This document shows positions 33,743 through 43,586 of a DNA stretch of 64,000 bases, piece after piece. Made by a program: the position numbers and the translations under genes. Within the stretch, counting starts at the first letter, position 1; every line of letters starts with the position of its first letter. Below the pieces are notes generated by a model. It ran no database searches, was not told where the DNA came from, and saw only the letters and a list, made by a program, of their open reading frames with translations. The stretch spans positions 97,587-161,586 of the forward strand of contig CAWFFC010000026.1 in NCBI GenBank assembly GCA_963815035.1, given 5' to 3'. Origin of the DNA: an uncultured Gemmataceae bacterium. Its GTDB lineage: Bacteria > Planctomycetota > Planctomycetia > Gemmatales > Gemmataceae.

Positions 33743-34321
33743 TCAATGGATGCGATACATCCCGTAGCTGAATCCAACGGTCGGGCGATACACCGGCGGC
33801 GGCACCACGACGACCGGCGGCGGCGGGGCATACGGATCGACATAGACTGCCCGCGGGCCGCGACGCAGATACATGGTGTTCTGCATCTCGGTAATCACGG
33901 CGTCGCTCACGCCATTGTCATGCAGCCAGGAGATTTGCGACGGCCCGAGATTGTAACGCGTGCCGCTCTGGCGGATCTGATTGCGGATGACCTCATCGCC
34001 AAGGCCCTTCTTGGTCATGTCGACAATGTCTTCCAATCGGAGTGTGCCTTGCACGGGTTGAGCGGCGTAGGCTTGCGCCTGCTCGATCTTCTTTTCGCGG
34101 GCATCCTCGGCGTTGCCCGTGACTCCGCCGAGCACCGCGCCGGCGGTGGCGCCGATCGCGGCGCCTTCACCTGGGTGGTGTCGATCGATCGCGGCGCCCA
34201 TCAGTCCGCCGATCACGCCGCCGCCCAGCGCGCTGCGCTGCGTGTTATTCATCGATTCGCAGCCGGACATGAACATCGTGCCGGCAATCATAACCGCGGC
34301 CATTTTCCATGTCTTGCCCAC
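33743..34321 (-). CDS. Lipoprotein with a glycine-zipper region and a Pro/Val-rich tail
   Basis: Signal peptide with lipobox (..GTMFMSGC); GGGVIGGLMGAAI.. glycine zipper; ..PPPPVVVVPPPVYRP..; the opposite-strand ORF 33671..34366 is R/H-rich. Confidence 0.6.
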   Translation of the reverse strand: MGKTWKMAAVMIAGTMFMSGCESMNNTQRSALGGGVIGGLMGAAIDRHHPGEGAAIGATAGAVLGGVTGNAEDAREKKIEQAQAYAAQPVQGTLRLEDIVDMTKKGLGDEVIRNQIRQSGTRYNLGPSQISWLHDNGVSDAVITEMQNTMYLRRGPRAVYVDPYAPPPPVVVVPPPVYRPTVGFSYGMYRIH

Positions 34322-34412
34322 GTTCCCCTCCTACCGGCGGGATCGCCGGTACAACTCGGCTCATAGCGGCGGGCCCGGCTCGATGTCAAGCGACTTCCGC
34401 CGAAGTGACCTT

Positions 34413-34490
34413 AGCCGATTTCGGTGCTGTAGCCGCCCTCTATGGGGCCGGGGCCGATTACGGTGCTGTAGCCGGCCTCTATGAGGCCGG
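34413..34490. repeat. Tandem direct repeat (2 x ~39 bp) in the upstream region of the M16 peptidase gene
   Basis: CCGATTTCGGTGCTGTAGCCGCCCTCTATGGGGCCGGGG / CCGATTACGGTGCTGTAGCCGGCCTCTATGAGGCCGGGG. Confidence 0.7.
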
Positions 34491-34739
34491 GGCCAACCGG
34501 GCTCAAAGAGCCCAGCTACAGGTGCGACACTAGATCATAAATCGGAAGGCTTTGGGCAGCGACTGCAACAATCAACGCACAAGAGCATAACCGATTCGGG
34601 AGCCTGAACTTCCGCCCCAATTCGGCAGGTTGACGCCAAAGTTACAAACCCGCCAATTTGCCCGGCTTGACGATTGAGCGTGGCGCCGCAAGGATAATAG
34701 TTTGCCTCAATCGATTTCCATTTTTCAGGAACACCCTGC

Positions 34740-37457
34740 ATGAAGTCGAAATCCCTGTTTATCGCCGCGATCGTCGTCGCGGTCGCGCCATCGCTGTCGT
34801 ACGCTCAAAAACCTACCGCCGAGAAGGTGACCTCGGTCGAGGGCATCACCGAATACAAGCTGCCCAACGGCGCCCATTTCCTACTCTTCCCCGACCCATC
34901 GCGTCCGGTGGTCACGGTCAATCTCACCGTGCTGGTCGGCTCGCGGCACGAGGGCTATGGCGAAACCGGCATGGCCCACTTGCTCGAACACATGGTCTTC
35001 AAGGGCACGCCGTTGTTTCCCGAGGTGCCCAAGTCACTGCGCGACCACGGCGCCCGCTTTAACGGCTCGACCTGGATGGACCGCACCAACTATTTCGAGA
35101 CCATGCCTGCCACGGACGAGAACCTCGAGTTCGGCATCCAACTCGAAGCCGACCGGCTGGTGAACAGCTACGTCAAGCGCGAGGACTTGATGAAGGAAAT
35201 GACCGTCGTTCGCAACGAATTCGAAATGGGCGAGAACAATCCCGAGCAGATCCTGTCGCAGCGGGTCACGTCCGCCGCCTTCGAATGGCACAACTACGGC
35301 AAATCGACCATCGGCAACCGCTCCGATATCGAGCGCGTTCCGATCGTAAACTTGCAGGCGTTCTACCGCAAGTATTACCAGTGCGACAACGTCGTGCTGG
35401 TCGTCGCCGGCAAGTTCGATGAGCAAAAAGCGATCGGCTACGTCGAGAAATATTTCGGCGCGCTGAAGCGGCCGACGCGCAAACTGGACAACACCTATAC
35501 CGAGGAACCGACTCAGGACGGCGAGCGCTCGGTCATGCTTCGGCGGGTCGGCGCTATCGCCGCGGTCGATGTCGTTTACCACATTCCCGCGGGGGCCCAT
35601 CCCGATTTCCCCGCCGTCGAAGTGCTGGCAAACGTTCTGGCGACCGGCCCTTCCAGCCGCCTTCACAAGGCCTTGATTGAAACCAAGAAGGCGTCGAGCG
35701 TGTCCGGCTACGCCTTTGGGCTGCACGATCCGGGGCTGCTTGAAGTCGGCGCCTCGTGCGAGCCGAAGAACCTCGACGCGGTCCGCAGCGCGCTGTTGGC
35801 CGAACTCGAAAGCCTGCCCGAGCAGAAGATCACCGCCGAGGAAACCGATCGTGCCCGCACGCAGTTGCTGAAGAGCCGCGAGGATCTCATGTCCGACAGC
35901 ACCCGCGTCGCCATTCAATTGAGCGAGTGGGCGTCCAAGGGCGATTGGCGGCTGTTCTTCCTGCACCGCGATCGTTTGGAGAAAGTGACGGCTGACGACG
36001 TCAACCGCGTGGCCGCTGCCTACATCAAGCCGAGCAATCGCACCGTCGGCGTGTTTATCCCGACGCCAAAACCGTTGCGGGCCTCGATTCCGGAAGTGCC
36101 CGAAATCGCGAAACTGGTCGGCAACTACAAGGGCCGCGCGGCACTGGCCAGCGGCGAGGCATTTGAACCCACGCCGGCCAACATCGATGCCCGCCTGAAG
36201 CACTCCGAGCTCGGCGCCATCAAGGTCGGCTTGCTGCAAAAGAAAACCCGCGGCGAAACCGTCAACGTGGACATCGCCTTGCGCTTTGGCAATTTGGAAT
36301 CGCTTCGCGGCAAGAAGATCGCCATCGATCTGATGGCCGACATGTTCAAACGCGGCACGAAGAAACACACCCGCCAGCAAATTCAGGACAAGCTCGACAA
36401 GCTCGGCTCACGAGTCAAGTTCGTCTCCGAAGCTGGGCTGATCATGGCCACGATTCAGGCGAAACGGTCCGGTTTGGCCGAGACGCTTGACTTGGTCACC
36501 GAAATGCTCCGCGATCCGAGCTTCCCGGAAAAAGAGTTCGACTTGCTCAAGACCGAGATGCGCGATCAGCTCGACAAACAGCGCACCGAGCCGATTTATC
36601 TGGCCTTCAAGGCGCTGCAACGGAAGTTGAACCCGTACGACAAAGAGCATCCGCTTTATGTCGGCACGATCGACGAGGACATCGAGCGAATCAACGCGAC
36701 CACGCTGGATCAGGTCAAGGAACTCTACCGGAAGCAGTTATCGGCCCAGGCGGGCGAGGTGGCGGCGATCGGTGATTTTAACGCCGAGGGCACCGTCAGG
36801 CAGTTGCAGAACCTACTCAAGGATTGGACCTGCGAGGTGAAGCATGTTCGCATTCCACGGCCGGCGCATCCGGAGGTGAAGGGCGAGCGAATCGTCATCA
36901 ACACGCCGGACAAAGCCAACGCGCTATACGCCGCGGGCATGACTTTCGAGGTCGGCGACAGCCATCCGGATTATGTCGCGCTGGATGTCGGCAACTATCT
37001 CTTCGGCGGCGGCACGCTGTCGTCGCGGCTCGGCAATCGCGTGCGACAGAAGGAAGGCCTGTCCTATGGCGTGCAGTCGGTCTTCAACGCCTCGCCGCGC
37101 GACCCCGCCGCCCGCTTCATCATGGTCGCCATCGCCAATCCGAAGAACATCGAAAAAGTTGACACGGCGATTTCCGATGAGGTCGAGAAATTTCTGGCCA
37201 ATGGTCCTTCATTGCAGGAACTGAGCGACGCGACCAAGGCCTACCTGGAATCGAAAAAGGTAGCCCGAACGCGCGATTCGGAACTGGCCATGCAAATCGT
37301 CAACGATCTCAATCTTGGCCGGCCGTTTTCCTTTTATGCCGAGCAGGAAAAGAAGGCAGCCGAGTTGGGGCCGGAGGATGTGAAGGCGGCCTTCCGCAAA
37401 CACATCGATCCGAAACGGCTGATCATCATCAAAGCCGGTGATTTCAAGGCGAAGTAA
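34740..37457 (+). CDS. Secreted M16-family (pitrilysin/insulinase-like) zinc peptidase with two tandem M16 modules
   Basis: Signal peptide MKSKSLFIAAIVVAVAPSLSYA; HxxEH zinc motif (GMAHLLEHMVFKG); intact 905-aa ORF. Confidence 0.85.
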   Translation: MKSKSLFIAAIVVAVAPSLSYAQKPTAEKVTSVEGITEYKLPNGAHFLLFPDPSRPVVTVNLTVLVGSRHEGYGETGMAHLLEHMVFKGTPLFPEVPKSLRDHGARFNGSTWMDRTNYFETMPATDENLEFGIQLEADRLVNSYVKREDLMKEMTVVRNEFEMGENNPEQILSQRVTSAAFEWHNYGKSTIGNRSDIERVPIVNLQAFYRKYYQCDNVVLVVAGKFDEQKAIGYVEKYFGALKRPTRKLDNTYTEEPTQDGERSVMLRRVGAIAAVDVVYHIPAGAHPDFPAVEVLANVLATGPSSRLHKALIETKKASSVSGYAFGLHDPGLLEVGASCEPKNLDAVRSALLAELESLPEQKITAEETDRARTQLLKSREDLMSDSTRVAIQLSEWASKGDWRLFFLHRDRLEKVTADDVNRVAAAYIKPSNRTVGVFIPTPKPLRASIPEVPEIAKLVGNYKGRAALASGEAFEPTPANIDARLKHSELGAIKVGLLQKKTRGETVNVDIALRFGNLESLRGKKIAIDLMADMFKRGTKKHTRQQIQDKLDKLGSRVKFVSEAGLIMATIQAKRSGLAETLDLVTEMLRDPSFPEKEFDLLKTEMRDQLDKQRTEPIYLAFKALQRKLNPYDKEHPLYVGTIDEDIERINATTLDQVKELYRKQLSAQAGEVAAIGDFNAEGTVRQLQNLLKDWTCEVKHVRIPRPAHPEVKGERIVINTPDKANALYAAGMTFEVGDSHPDYVALDVGNYLFGGGTLSSRLGNRVRQKEGLSYGVQSVFNASPRDPAARFIMVAIANPKNIEKVDTAISDEVEKFLANGPSLQELSDATKAYLESKKVARTRDSELAMQIVNDLNLGRPFSFYAEQEKKAAELGPEDVKAAFRKHIDPKRLIIIKAGDFKAK

Positions 37458-37833
37458 ACGAAAAAAGGCATTCTGATTCTTCGCTGAGTCCGACATCGCC
37501 GGAACATGTCGTTGCACTCAAGCGAAAAATCAGAATGTGCAACAAATCCTGGCGACCGTTTCCGATTCGAAGACCTCGTGCCGAACCTAGCGGAGAACCA
37601 TCGAACTCGACCAGCGACTTTTGTCCTACCGGCGAATGAGTCCGTGGAGCAAATGGCGGCAAGGCGTGCCATTTGCCGTCACGCGGCACATAATCGTCAG
37701 GATTATACGGCCACAGGTTTGCAGCCTGGCGACTAGCCAAGCGACAATGGCCGGTGATCCCCAAATTTCTCCGACGCCGCAGGTGTGCGACATCTCGGCT
37801 TTTTTCTCGCGGTCCCTCGAATGGAATTCACGA

Positions 37834-38718
37834 ATGGCGAGTTTTCGCGCACGATTGCTTGAATCGTTCCTTCGGACCGCGGGTCTTAAGACCTTAACGA
37901 ACACATTGTTCGATGCGCTGTTTCCGAATGACGCCAAGCACGCAAAGCCTTCGTTGCGAATGCGATTGCGCCATCGCGTTGCTACGCGGCAAATGATGGG
38001 GCGGACCGTTTACACCATAGCTCCGAAGTCCGGCGCCTCGATCGAGCATATCTATTACCTTCATGGCGGCGCCTATTACAACGGGTTTATCCCCGCGCAC
38101 TGGCACCTGCTGAACCGTCTCGTCTCCGAAACCAAGTGTACCGTCACCGCTCCCGACTTTCCATTGTCTCCAGAAGCCGGCGTCGATGACATCTTTGCCA
38201 TGGTGCTGCCGCTGTACAAAGACCTCTTAGCGCAAAAGCGAGCCGAAAACCTGACCGTGATGGGCGATTCATCCGGCGGCGGCATGGCATTGGCACTCGC
38301 CGAAAAAGCGCGGGACGCGGGCTTGCAGCAACCTCGCGATTTGGTGCTGTTGTCGCCTTGGCTGGACGTGACGATGTCGAATCCCGGCATTCTCGAAGCC
38401 GACCGCAAGGATCCCCTCCTCGGCCTCCAGGCGGTCATCAGCGCCGGCAAGAGATACGCGAAAAACGACGATCCGAAACGGCCGGACATCAGTCCGATCT
38501 ACGGCAGACTCGACGGTTTGGGTCCCATTACGCTGTTTGTTGGCACCCACGAGGTCATGTTGCCGGATTGCCGGAAACTGAAAGACATGGCTACAGCGGT
38601 TGGAATCCCGTTTGAATATCGCGAACGTACCGACATGATCCACTGCTGGATGTTGCTGAAATTGCCTGAATCGGACCAGGCACAAAGAGAAATCATCTCC
38701 ATCATTCAAAGAGCTTGA
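37834..38718 (+). CDS. Alpha/beta-hydrolase fold esterase/lipase (HSL-like, Abhydrolase_3); an alternative start lies at 37747
   Basis: HGGAY oxyanion-hole motif and GDSSGG nucleophile elbow. Confidence 0.75.
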   Translation: MASFRARLLESFLRTAGLKTLTNTLFDALFPNDAKHAKPSLRMRLRHRVATRQMMGRTVYTIAPKSGASIEHIYYLHGGAYYNGFIPAHWHLLNRLVSETKCTVTAPDFPLSPEAGVDDIFAMVLPLYKDLLAQKRAENLTVMGDSSGGGMALALAEKARDAGLQQPRDLVLLSPWLDVTMSNPGILEADRKDPLLGLQAVISAGKRYAKNDDPKRPDISPIYGRLDGLGPITLFVGTHEVMLPDCRKLKDMATAVGIPFEYRERTDMIHCWMLLKLPESDQAQREIISIIQRA

Positions 38719-39083
38719 TCGGCAAGTTCCTCACGATCCTGCGATACGCGATTATAACCGCCCAGTCGCAGCAACATCTCCATTGCCTCGGGACTCCGGT
38801 CGCCGGCCTGGACTCGCACGATGGTGCGCCCCGCCTTGAAATCGGCCTCAACGTCGCCTTCGCCGCCCAATCCCAGAAGATCGCTGAAGAAACGCGCAAC
38901 GCCGGCGACAGCGCCTTCACCTCGCTTTGTGGCAGTCTCCGATTCTCGTACCTCTTCGCTGGTAAGCTGCCTTGCGACAGCGATTTGTTCGGGTGTGAAT
39001 CCGGCAAGGTTCAGTTCGCGAATAGCGATGTCGGCCTGCTGCTTGTCGTCAAATATCGCAACTGCGGCTTGATTTAATGGCAT
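38706..39083 (-). CDS. Hypothetical protein (small, acidic; possibly a stress-protein-like domain)
   Basis: 125-aa ORF whose start overlaps the desaturase stop by 10 bp (operon-like). Confidence 0.45.
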   Translation of the reverse strand: MPLNQAAVAIFDDKQQADIAIRELNLAGFTPEQIAVARQLTSEEVRESETATKRGEGAVAGVARFFSDLLGLGGEGDVEADFKAGRTIVRVQAGDRSPEAMEMLLRLGGYNRVSQDREELADQAL

Positions 39084-40219
39084 TTGTTCGGTCTCCCAAT
39101 CGATGCGAAGAATGTCCGCTGTTTCCTTCGGCGCAACGAATACTGAGCGCCGGAGTTAGCCGGACTAACGTGATTCATTTGCGCCAAATCTTGGCCTTTC
39201 GGCAATTTCACATTCCAAACGAGCCGCACCGATTCAAGTGCGCGGATGACCCAATAACTCAGGTCGATCTCCCACCAGCGTAGGCCGTGTTTGGCTGACG
39301 TCGGGAAGGCGTGGTGATTGTTATGCCATCCCTCGCCCAAAGCGAGGATTCCGAAGATGACGTTGTTGCGACTGTTGTCGCTGCTCGGATAAGGACGCCG
39401 CCCCCACAAATGACAGGCCGAGTTAATACTGAAGGTAAGATGGTGGACCAGGAACATTCGCGCCAAGCCCCCCCAGATGAATCCCGACCACGCCGCTGCC
39501 CAGGTTGATGCCGCCAGGCCGCCAACAATCGCGGGTAGTAGCAGGCCAAGTATCACCCATACGGGAAACAAGGCGCTCGCAGTACGCAAAAGATTGCTTC
39601 GGCGGAGGTCGGCGGCCAGTCGACCGACGTCGGGCGGGTCCGGCGCAAACATCCAGCCGATGTGCGCATGCCAAACACCGCGGATCAGTCCAGCGATTCC
39701 AAATCCGCCGTGATGCGGTGAATGGGGGTCGCCCGCTCGGTCACTATGCCGGTGGTGCCGTCGGTGCGTGGCGACCCATTGCAGCAGCGATCCCTGCGCG
39801 GCCATTGAACCGAGCGCAATCAAAAGAACCTGAATGATTCGACTTGTTTGAAACGACCGATGAGTAAACAGGCGATGGAATCCGACGGTGATGCCCAACA
39901 TCGTTAATGCATACATCCCGATCAATACTGTTGGCTCCATCCAAGTCACGCCGCCTAGCGAAACCACGGCAAGCATCACTCCAAGCAAGGGCCCAATTAT
40001 TGCGACGAGATTTGCAGCTTTCAGCCACCACGGCATTGGTCTGACAGCCGCATCTGGGAGTTGGTCTGGATCGTTTGTCAAATGCAAAGACGCGATCGAT
40101 TGGCGCACGGAAATTCCATCGTGAAGAAGCGGCCGCGAACGGTCGCTACGTTCTGGTTGTTCGGCTCTCGTTGGGCTCGTGCCGGTTGGCTCGTCTTCCC
40201 GGCTGAAGCCGTTCGACAT
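39074..40219 (-). CDS. Acyl-CoA (delta-9-type) fatty acid desaturase
   Basis: Histidine boxes HRLFTHRSF, HRRHHRHSD, HNNHHAFP; 4 TM segments. Confidence 0.8.
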   Translation of the reverse strand: MSNGFSREDEPTGTSPTRAEQPERSDRSRPLLHDGISVRQSIASLHLTNDPDQLPDAAVRPMPWWLKAANLVAIIGPLLGVMLAVVSLGGVTWMEPTVLIGMYALTMLGITVGFHRLFTHRSFQTSRIIQVLLIALGSMAAQGSLLQWVATHRRHHRHSDRAGDPHSPHHGGFGIAGLIRGVWHAHIGWMFAPDPPDVGRLAADLRRSNLLRTASALFPVWVILGLLLPAIVGGLAASTWAAAWSGFIWGGLARMFLVHHLTFSINSACHLWGRRPYPSSDNSRNNVIFGILALGEGWHNNHHAFPTSAKHGLRWWEIDLSYWVIRALESVRLVWNVKLPKGQDLAQMNHVSPANSGAQYSLRRRKQRTFFASIGRPNKCH

Positions 40220-40768
40220 GGCGCGTTGTGATAACTGCCCTTCAAGCAGATTCGGTATGCAATACCCGTACCGATTTCATTTCTGAACTGCAGTTATTGC
40301 CAAGCGGACTCGTTAGCCATCCCACTTGCCGTTTGGATCGAGAGCCGTTTGAACCTGCAAATCGCGGCTTATTGCGTGACCGAGCAAATCTGCCGAATCA
40401 ACGAAATCGTTGCTGACGCAATTTCGCTGATTGCTCTAACCTGAACCGCGATTATCCCTGCGAAGATTCATTTGCGCAAGTTCATGTCGGTTGAAGGCAA
40501 GCCTCAGCTCGGCGGCCGATGTGAGGTGAACGGGAAAGATCCAGGCCTTACTCCGCCACGAGCACAATGCGGTTGGGTCTTGGATTGCCTGTTGATGATC
40601 CGATTTCAAAGTGGATCAAACGGCGAAATGCTCTGAGCCAAGTTCGTTGGATGCTTGACTCGCTGTTCTTGGCATTCGATTTGCCTCAACGGCCATCGTT
40701 CATTGGTGCGTGACCGCCAAACTTTCCGGTTCGCCTTTACCTGCCCAGACATCGATTAGGAGCCAAAA

Positions 40769-41098
40769 ATGGCAAAGCACAAAGCCGATTCAGCAAACCA
40801 TCGCGATGAGATGAACCCCGACTTGGCGACTGTAAGTGGGGTCGCGGCGGGCGCTGCCGCTGGTTCGCTGCTCGGTCCTCTCGGAGCTGCGGTCGGCGCG
40901 GTGCTCGGCGGAGTTGCCGGCAAGAATGCGGGCAAGAAGTCGACACAACGAAAACCATCGCGAAGTCCCACCAAGAAGGCGACAGGAGGGGTCAAGGCGG
41001 CTACTAAGAAAACGAAGTCCGCCGCAAAAAGAGCCACGACGTCCGCCAAGAAATCAACCGCCAAGGCGGCCAAAAGAGTTGCAGCGCGAAGGAAATGA
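40769..41098 (+). CDS. Small basic protein with a glycine zipper plus a Lys/Ala-rich histone H1-like tail
   Basis: AGGAG Shine-Dalgarno 8 nt upstream of the ATG; ..AAGSLLGPLGAAVGAVLGGVAG.. followed by KKATGGVKAATKKTKSAAKRATTSAKKSTAKAAKR. Confidence 0.6.
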   Translation: MAKHKADSANHRDEMNPDLATVSGVAAGAAAGSLLGPLGAAVGAVLGGVAGKNAGKKSTQRKPSRSPTKKATGGVKAATKKTKSAAKRATTSAKKSTAKAAKRVAARRK

Positions 41099-41233
41099 TT
41101 GGCAGCAACTTCGGCGAAAAAAAGCAAACTCTCCTCACCAATCGCCATGGTTTACTCATGAGTGACGTTCATGGGATGAATCCAAGGCGGATGATCTGCT
41201 GTAGTGCGAGGAGCGGGTGGAACCCCTTTTTCG

Positions 41234-41627
41234 TTACGACACCATCACATCCTTCACCAATTCCATGGCTTCCTGAGTGGCCTCGGCGCCCAGCGCGACC
41301 AGGGCTTTTCGCGCCGCTGCGGCGAATTGGGCGAATGCTGCGCAGATTGATGTTGGCCTGCTTGAATCGGCGCATGATTCGCGCCAGTTCGCCCGGCCGG
41401 TCCTCGACCTGAATCACGATCACATCCTCGCTGAACGCCTTCAAGCCATGGGCGGTCAGGGTGCGCAGGGCGTCGTCATATTTGTCGACGGTGAGGATTG
41501 CCACCATGCCGCCGCCGACGCTTTCGGCGGTGAGCGACTCGATATTCACCTCGGCCGCCGCGAGCGTCTCGGTGATGTCCGCCGCCAACCCCGGCCGATC
41601 CGATTCGACAATGGTGATTTGCTTCAT
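41234..41627 (-). CDS. ACT-domain regulatory protein, one frameshift near 41290
   Basis: MKQITIVESDRPGLAADITETLA.. ACT fold; an alternative frame after ..NLRSI gives a protein-like tail ..AFAQFAAAARKALVALGAEATQEAMELVKDVMVS*. Confidence 0.5.
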
Positions 41628-41786
41628 GAGTCAATCCTCCACCGACTTGAACCACAGAGTCACAGAGAACACCGAGAAAGCAAAAAGCGAAATCAAAAAA
41701 CTAAACGATGAAAAACCATTGGGATCTCGCCTATCTGAAGTCCGTTCAAATAGTTTTCTCTGTGTCCTCGGTGACTCTGTGGTGAA

Positions 41787-42924
41787 TCATTCTTGTCCGT
41801 CATGCGCCAGATCCGCCGCGAATTCGTCGATCATCACGCGCGTCACATGCGGCATCGTGATAATGTGCGCCCATTCATTGTGCACCGCCAATTGCCACTT
41901 GCGAATTAGGTTCATCGACGGCCGCTCGAATACCACGGTCACTGAATTTTCGTTTCGCCAGGGCTTCTTGGCGGCGGCCTTCAATTTCGCCATCGCGTAG
42001 TCGGCCATGTCCAGCGAGCCGCGCACCAACTTGCGGAAGCCTTCGATCCCCACGGTGCGAAACGCATACCAAAGGAAGAGCGGCGTGATGCCGTTGCGCG
42101 AGCCGGAAATCGTGGTGTCGAGCGTGCCGACATATTCGACGTGCCGGGCGATGCGCTCGACATTTTCCTTGCGCCAGCGCCACGCCGCAGGGAATCGGCG
42201 AGCCGATCATCTTGTGCCCGCTGATCGAGATCGAATCGACGCCGGCCTGAAAGTCCCACGGCGGCGGCCGATCGACAAACGGCAAGATCATGCCGCTGAG
42301 CGCCGCGTCGGCGTGAATATAGGCTTCATGAATCGCCAGGTCGCGAAAGATCGCCTGAATCCCGGCGATGTCGTCCACGGCGCCCTTCATCGTGGTGCCG
42401 ATATTGGCGAAGACGATCGGCGGCACGTCGCGATGGATCTTGATCGTCTCGCGCAGGTCCTCCAGGTCGATGCGGCCGTCCGGCCGGCTCTTGATCATAA
42501 TGTTGCGGACGTGCAGGCAGCGCAGAATCTTGTTGACCGAGTAGTGCGTGTCCTCGGAGTAGTAAACCAGCCCGTCGGGATAGAGTTCGCGGGCCAGGAA
42601 GATGCCGTACATGTTGCCTTCGGTCCCGCCGTTGGTCACGTATCCCCAGGTCGATTCCGGGTTGGCGTGCGTCAATTCGCCAAAGATCTTCACGACCTCG
42701 CGCTCGAAATCGTGAGTGTTGATCCGGATGTTGCTGGCGATGAACGGATCGCCGACATTGTTAATCGGGTACTGGAGGAAGCGAAGGAGCGGCGAGTAAT
42801 CGAACGCGGCGTTGACCGGGTAGCCGATGTAGCGATCCAAAGCCCGACCCATTGCCGCGAAACGCTCGTCCAGCCGCCGGCAATCGGACTCATCGAGCGA
42901 CGGCGATTCCCCGCCAAAGAACAT
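41787..42924 (-). CDS. PLP-dependent group II decarboxylase (histidine decarboxylase-like), one frameshift near 42180
   Basis: ..SISISGHKMIGSPIPCGVALA.. (PLP lysine), then in a shifted frame RKENVERIARHVEYVGTLDTTISGSRNGITPLFLWYA.., then the ORF 41787..42053 C-terminus. Confidence 0.75.
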
Positions 42925-42945
42925 GCCGCGTCTCCCATGCCCATC

Positions 42946-43030
42946 AGCGCAGGCTAAAGCCTGCGGCTACGACCACCCGTCGCTACGACCACCCGTCGCA
43001 ATACACCCGTAGCCGCAGGCTTTAGCCTGC
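42946..43030. repeat. 24-bp-stem hairpin whose loop contains a direct repeat (CGACCACCCGTCGC x2), lying between the hemP-like and decarboxylase genes
   Basis: CGCAGGCTAAAGCCTGCGGCTACG..loop..CGTAGCCGCAGGCTTTAGCCTGCG. Confidence 0.6.
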
Positions 43031-43078
43031 GGAGGTGTCGACGGTGAAGTCAGTTTATGGACGAGAACTTGGAAAAGG

Positions 43079-43264
43079 TCACTTCTGCAAGATGAGCCGG
43101 TTGCGGCGCGTGATGCGTAACCGATAACAAACGCCGTCATGGTCGATGCAGATTTCGCAGCGACCGCGGAAAAGCTCCTCGGCCTTGAGCACGCGCACAT
43201 CGGGGGCCGACGGTTGCAGCCGCTGGACCAGATCAAGCCGTGGTTCTTTCGATGGCTCTGCCAT
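43079..43264 (-). CDS. HemP-like hemin-uptake small protein
   Basis: 61 aa; ..LFRGRCEICIDHDGVCYRLRITRRNRLILQK matches the HemP pattern recalled from memory (..EVxIxHxGxxYRLRxTxxGKLILTK). Confidence 0.5.
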   Translation of the reverse strand: MAEPSKEPRLDLVQRLQPSAPDVRVLKAEELFRGRCEICIDHDGVCYRLRITRRNRLILQK

Positions 43265-43586
43265 GGCGGTGCCTGATGATAGTTACCCTCACGATGATGC
43301 TACATTAATGAGATCAAGTTTCAACAAAAAATAGCATGTTTCAAGTGCTGATTACTCAATTTTCTGCATGGTTTAAGCAAAAAAACTCAGCTGGAATCAT
43401 CCAGGAGCACTTGTCAGTCCATTGCTTGACCATAACTTACTTTCATATTGTTGAGACTTTGTATCATTAACAGCAATCTCAACAAACAACAAGAGGCTGC
43501 TCCGCCACCGCCGTGGGGCCGATTCCGAGCCCCGCTTCCGTTCGCAATGCACCTCGCCTTTCCCTTTTCCAGGAGGTGCGGTCATC
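43265..43586. promoter_or_regulatory. AT-rich (~35% GC) divergent intergenic region carrying promoters for the hemP-like and DUF1559 genes
   Basis: Sharp local drop in GC in an otherwise >60% GC window; AGGAGG RBS at 43571-43576. Confidence 0.4.

Noticed and set aside
33671-34366. 231-aa plus-strand ORF opposite the lipoprotein gene
   Set aside because: R/H-rich and it starts inside the terminator hairpin. The minus-strand frame has a lipobox signal peptide and a glycine zipper.
35034-36380. 448-aa minus-strand ORF
   Set aside because: Antisense to the intact M16 peptidase gene; A/G/R-rich shadow ORF.
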